From: a bacterium
GTDB lineage: Bacteria; UBA8248
Reading direction: 5' to 3'
DNA length: 64,000 nt
NCBI GenBank assembly: GCA_965199855.1
Contig: OZ241326.1
Location: 512,001 to 576,000, forward strand
Both the position numbers and the translations under genes were made by a program. The notes under the pieces were generated by a model, which did no database searches, was not told the DNA's origin, and was given only the letters and a program-made list of their open reading frames with translations. This document shows, piece by piece, positions 62,338-64,000 of this stretch; positions within the stretch are counted from its first letter, which is position 1; each line of letters opens with the position of its first letter.

Positions 62338-63300
62338 ATGAACGGGAAAAATTGGCTGATTTTCGCGCTCGCCGCCGTCGTCGCGGGCGCGTCGGCCGCG
62401 CCCGCCTCGGCGGCATATCCGACGAAGCCGGTGGAGATGACCATCACCTTCAAGGCCGGAGGAGCGGCGGACATCTCCGGCCGCACCGTGGCGAAGGCGG
62501 CCGAGGGGGTGTTCGGGCAGCCGATAGTCGCCGTGAACCGTCCGGGCGCCGGGGGAACCATCGGCTTCGCCTACGTCAAGACCGCGCCGGCCACCGGATA
62601 CAAGATCGGCTGGCTTTCGGCCTCGATTCTCACCGGCACGACCATGGGCCGCCTGCCCTATGACTACCGCGCCTGGGATTACGTTTCCCGCGTCGTGTTC
62701 GAGGCGACCGCCGTCGTCGTCCGGGGAGACTCGCCCTACAGGACGCTTCCCGACCTCGTGAAGGCGGCCAAGTCGAAGACCCTGAAAATCGGGAGCGCCG
62801 GCTCGGGCAGCTTCACGCGGCTCACGGCCTCGGCGCTGGCGAAAAAGGCGGGCTTCAGGTTCCGGCACGTTCCTTTGGGCAAGCGCCGCGTGCCGAGCCT
62901 CCTGGGCGGGGAGGTCGATGCGATTTCCGTCCATCCGCCCGAGGTGCTGGCGCTTCACAAGGCGGGCAAGGTCCGGATGCTGGCCGTTTCCTTCCCGAAG
63001 CGCCATCCGGCCTACCCCAAGGTTCCCCTGTTCAGCGAGCACGGGTGGGATGTCGGCTTCTATCAGTTCCGGGGCATCCACGTTCCCAAGGGAACGTCCG
63101 CGGAAGCGGTTCAAAAGCTCCACAAAGCCTTCGAGGCGGCTTCCAAGGATCCAAAAGTCCTGGCCGCCGCTGAAAAGAGAGGCTTTCTGGTTTCCTACAT
63201 GGGGCCGGACAAATTCCCGGCCTTCGTGGCGAGGCAGAACGCCCTGATCAAGGATATCGTCGTTTCGCTGGGGCTGGACAAGAAGAAAAAGAAGAAATAA
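62338..63300 (+). CDS. Second TctC/Bug substrate-binding protein
   Basis: Signal peptide; YPTKPV....FKAGGAAD, NRPGAGG, VPKGT; C-terminal poly-Lys. Confidence 0.9.
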   Translation: MNGKNWLIFALAAVVAGASAAPASAAYPTKPVEMTITFKAGGAADISGRTVAKAAEGVFGQPIVAVNRPGAGGTIGFAYVKTAPATGYKIGWLSASILTGTTMGRLPYDYRAWDYVSRVVFEATAVVVRGDSPYRTLPDLVKAAKSKTLKIGSAGSGSFTRLTASALAKKAGFRFRHVPLGKRRVPSLLGGEVDAISVHPPEVLALHKAGKVRMLAVSFPKRHPAYPKVPLFSEHGWDVGFYQFRGIHVPKGTSAEAVQKLHKAFEAASKDPKVLAAAEKRGFLVSYMGPDKFPAFVARQNALIKDIVVSLGLDKKKKKK

Positions 63301-63351
63301 GCCCCGGAAAGCCGGCGCGCGGGGCGAGAAGCCGCAAGGGACTCGGCGTTT

Positions 63352-63846
63352 ATGGCGAAGGAGCCCGGAAAAGGCGGACGGCCGAGCGTTGGAAGCCTCA
63401 TCGCTCCGGGCCTTCTGGCGGTTTTTTGCGTCTGGTATGCCTCGATCATCCTGGAATTGCCCCAGGGGCCCGGAGAGGAGGGCCCCCTGGGGCCTTCCTT
63501 CGCTCCCTGGCTGTGGGCGTCGCTTCTCGCCGCTCTCGTCCTGACTGAAATCGGCGCGAGCCGCTTCGCCGCGCCCGAGGGGAGAGAGGGCGCTTTCATC
63601 AAGCGCAGAAGCCTTCTCGACGCGCTGACCCTCGTCCTTTTGCTGGTCGGATTCGCCCTCGCCATGCAGCGCGTCGGCTTCTCCGCCGCGGCCGCGCTGT
63701 TTCTCGCCGTCTCCGTCCGGTGGAGTGGAATCCGCGACTGGAAAATCATCCTCCCCTACGCCGTCGTCTTCGCCTTGGCGGCGAACTACGTCTTTCACCA
63801 CGTTCTCCAGGTGCCCCTGCCGCAGGACTGGCTCCCCCCAAGATGA
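63352..63846 (+). CDS. Second TctB family subunit
   Basis: LGPSFAP, TM helices, LQVPLP C-terminus. Confidence 0.82.
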   Translation: MAKEPGKGGRPSVGSLIAPGLLAVFCVWYASIILELPQGPGEEGPLGPSFAPWLWASLLAALVLTEIGASRFAAPEGREGAFIKRRSLLDALTLVLLLVGFALAMQRVGFSAAAALFLAVSVRWSGIRDWKIILPYAVVFALAANYVFHHVLQVPLPQDWLPPR

Positions 63847-64000
63847 ATCTCCTGATGGACGGCCTCATCCAGGCGCTCGCGTGGAAGCCTCTTCTGTTCG
63901 CCCTCCTGGGAAGCTTTCTGGGAATCGTGTTCGCGGCCATCCCGGGCCTTACGGTGAGCATGGGCATCATCCTTCTGCTCCCCTTCACCTTTCACATGGC
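63843..64000 (+). CDS. Second TctA permease (5' partial, runs off window)
   Basis: ATG overlaps tctB stop; MNLLMDG...GIVFAAIPGLTVSMGIILLLPFTF. Confidence 0.8.
   Translation, partial: MNLLMDGLIQALAWKPLLFALLGSFLGIVFAAIPGLTVSMGIILLLPFTFHM

Overview
High-GC bacterial chromosomal segment from a diderm (tol-pal operon present); the gene mix suggests a Nitrospinota/Tectomicrobia-like or deltaproteobacterial-like organism, which is inference only. From left to right: the tail of a NagA-like amidohydrolase; a type II-like restriction-modification pair (N4-cytosine MTase plus PD-(D/E)xK-like nuclease); a D-aminoacylase and a membrane-anchored acidic/TPR protein; a minus-strand M20-slt-anmK-M20 operon divergent from tolQRAB-pal-cpoB; ligA, galU and two CNNM/CBS proteins; a NUDIX (frameshifted), degenerate histidine-kinase core and Ldh2 operon; three EamA transporters and a LOG gene; an AOR/WOR (tungsten-type) oxidoreductase operon; an orphan lower-GC adenine MTase; DUF3151, glyA, an amidase with a small partner ORF, a BON lipoprotein, an LLM (frameshifted), a cyclophilin, a second LLM, PAC2, a solitary Mo-hydroxylase large subunit, a nucleotidyltransferase, ggt and NAGPA; and finally a ~13 kb uptake/catabolic block (TTT, Liv-type ABC, LLM, transglutaminase-like, ALDH, second TTT). 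I saw no rRNA, complete tRNA, CRISPR array, integrase or transposase. The best candidates for something undescribed are the transporter-flanked LLM/transglutaminase-like/ALDH module with atypical TctC proteins, the His-less pseudo-kinase, and the WOR with an apparently divergent active site. All family assignments come from motif recognition by eye, not from database searches.
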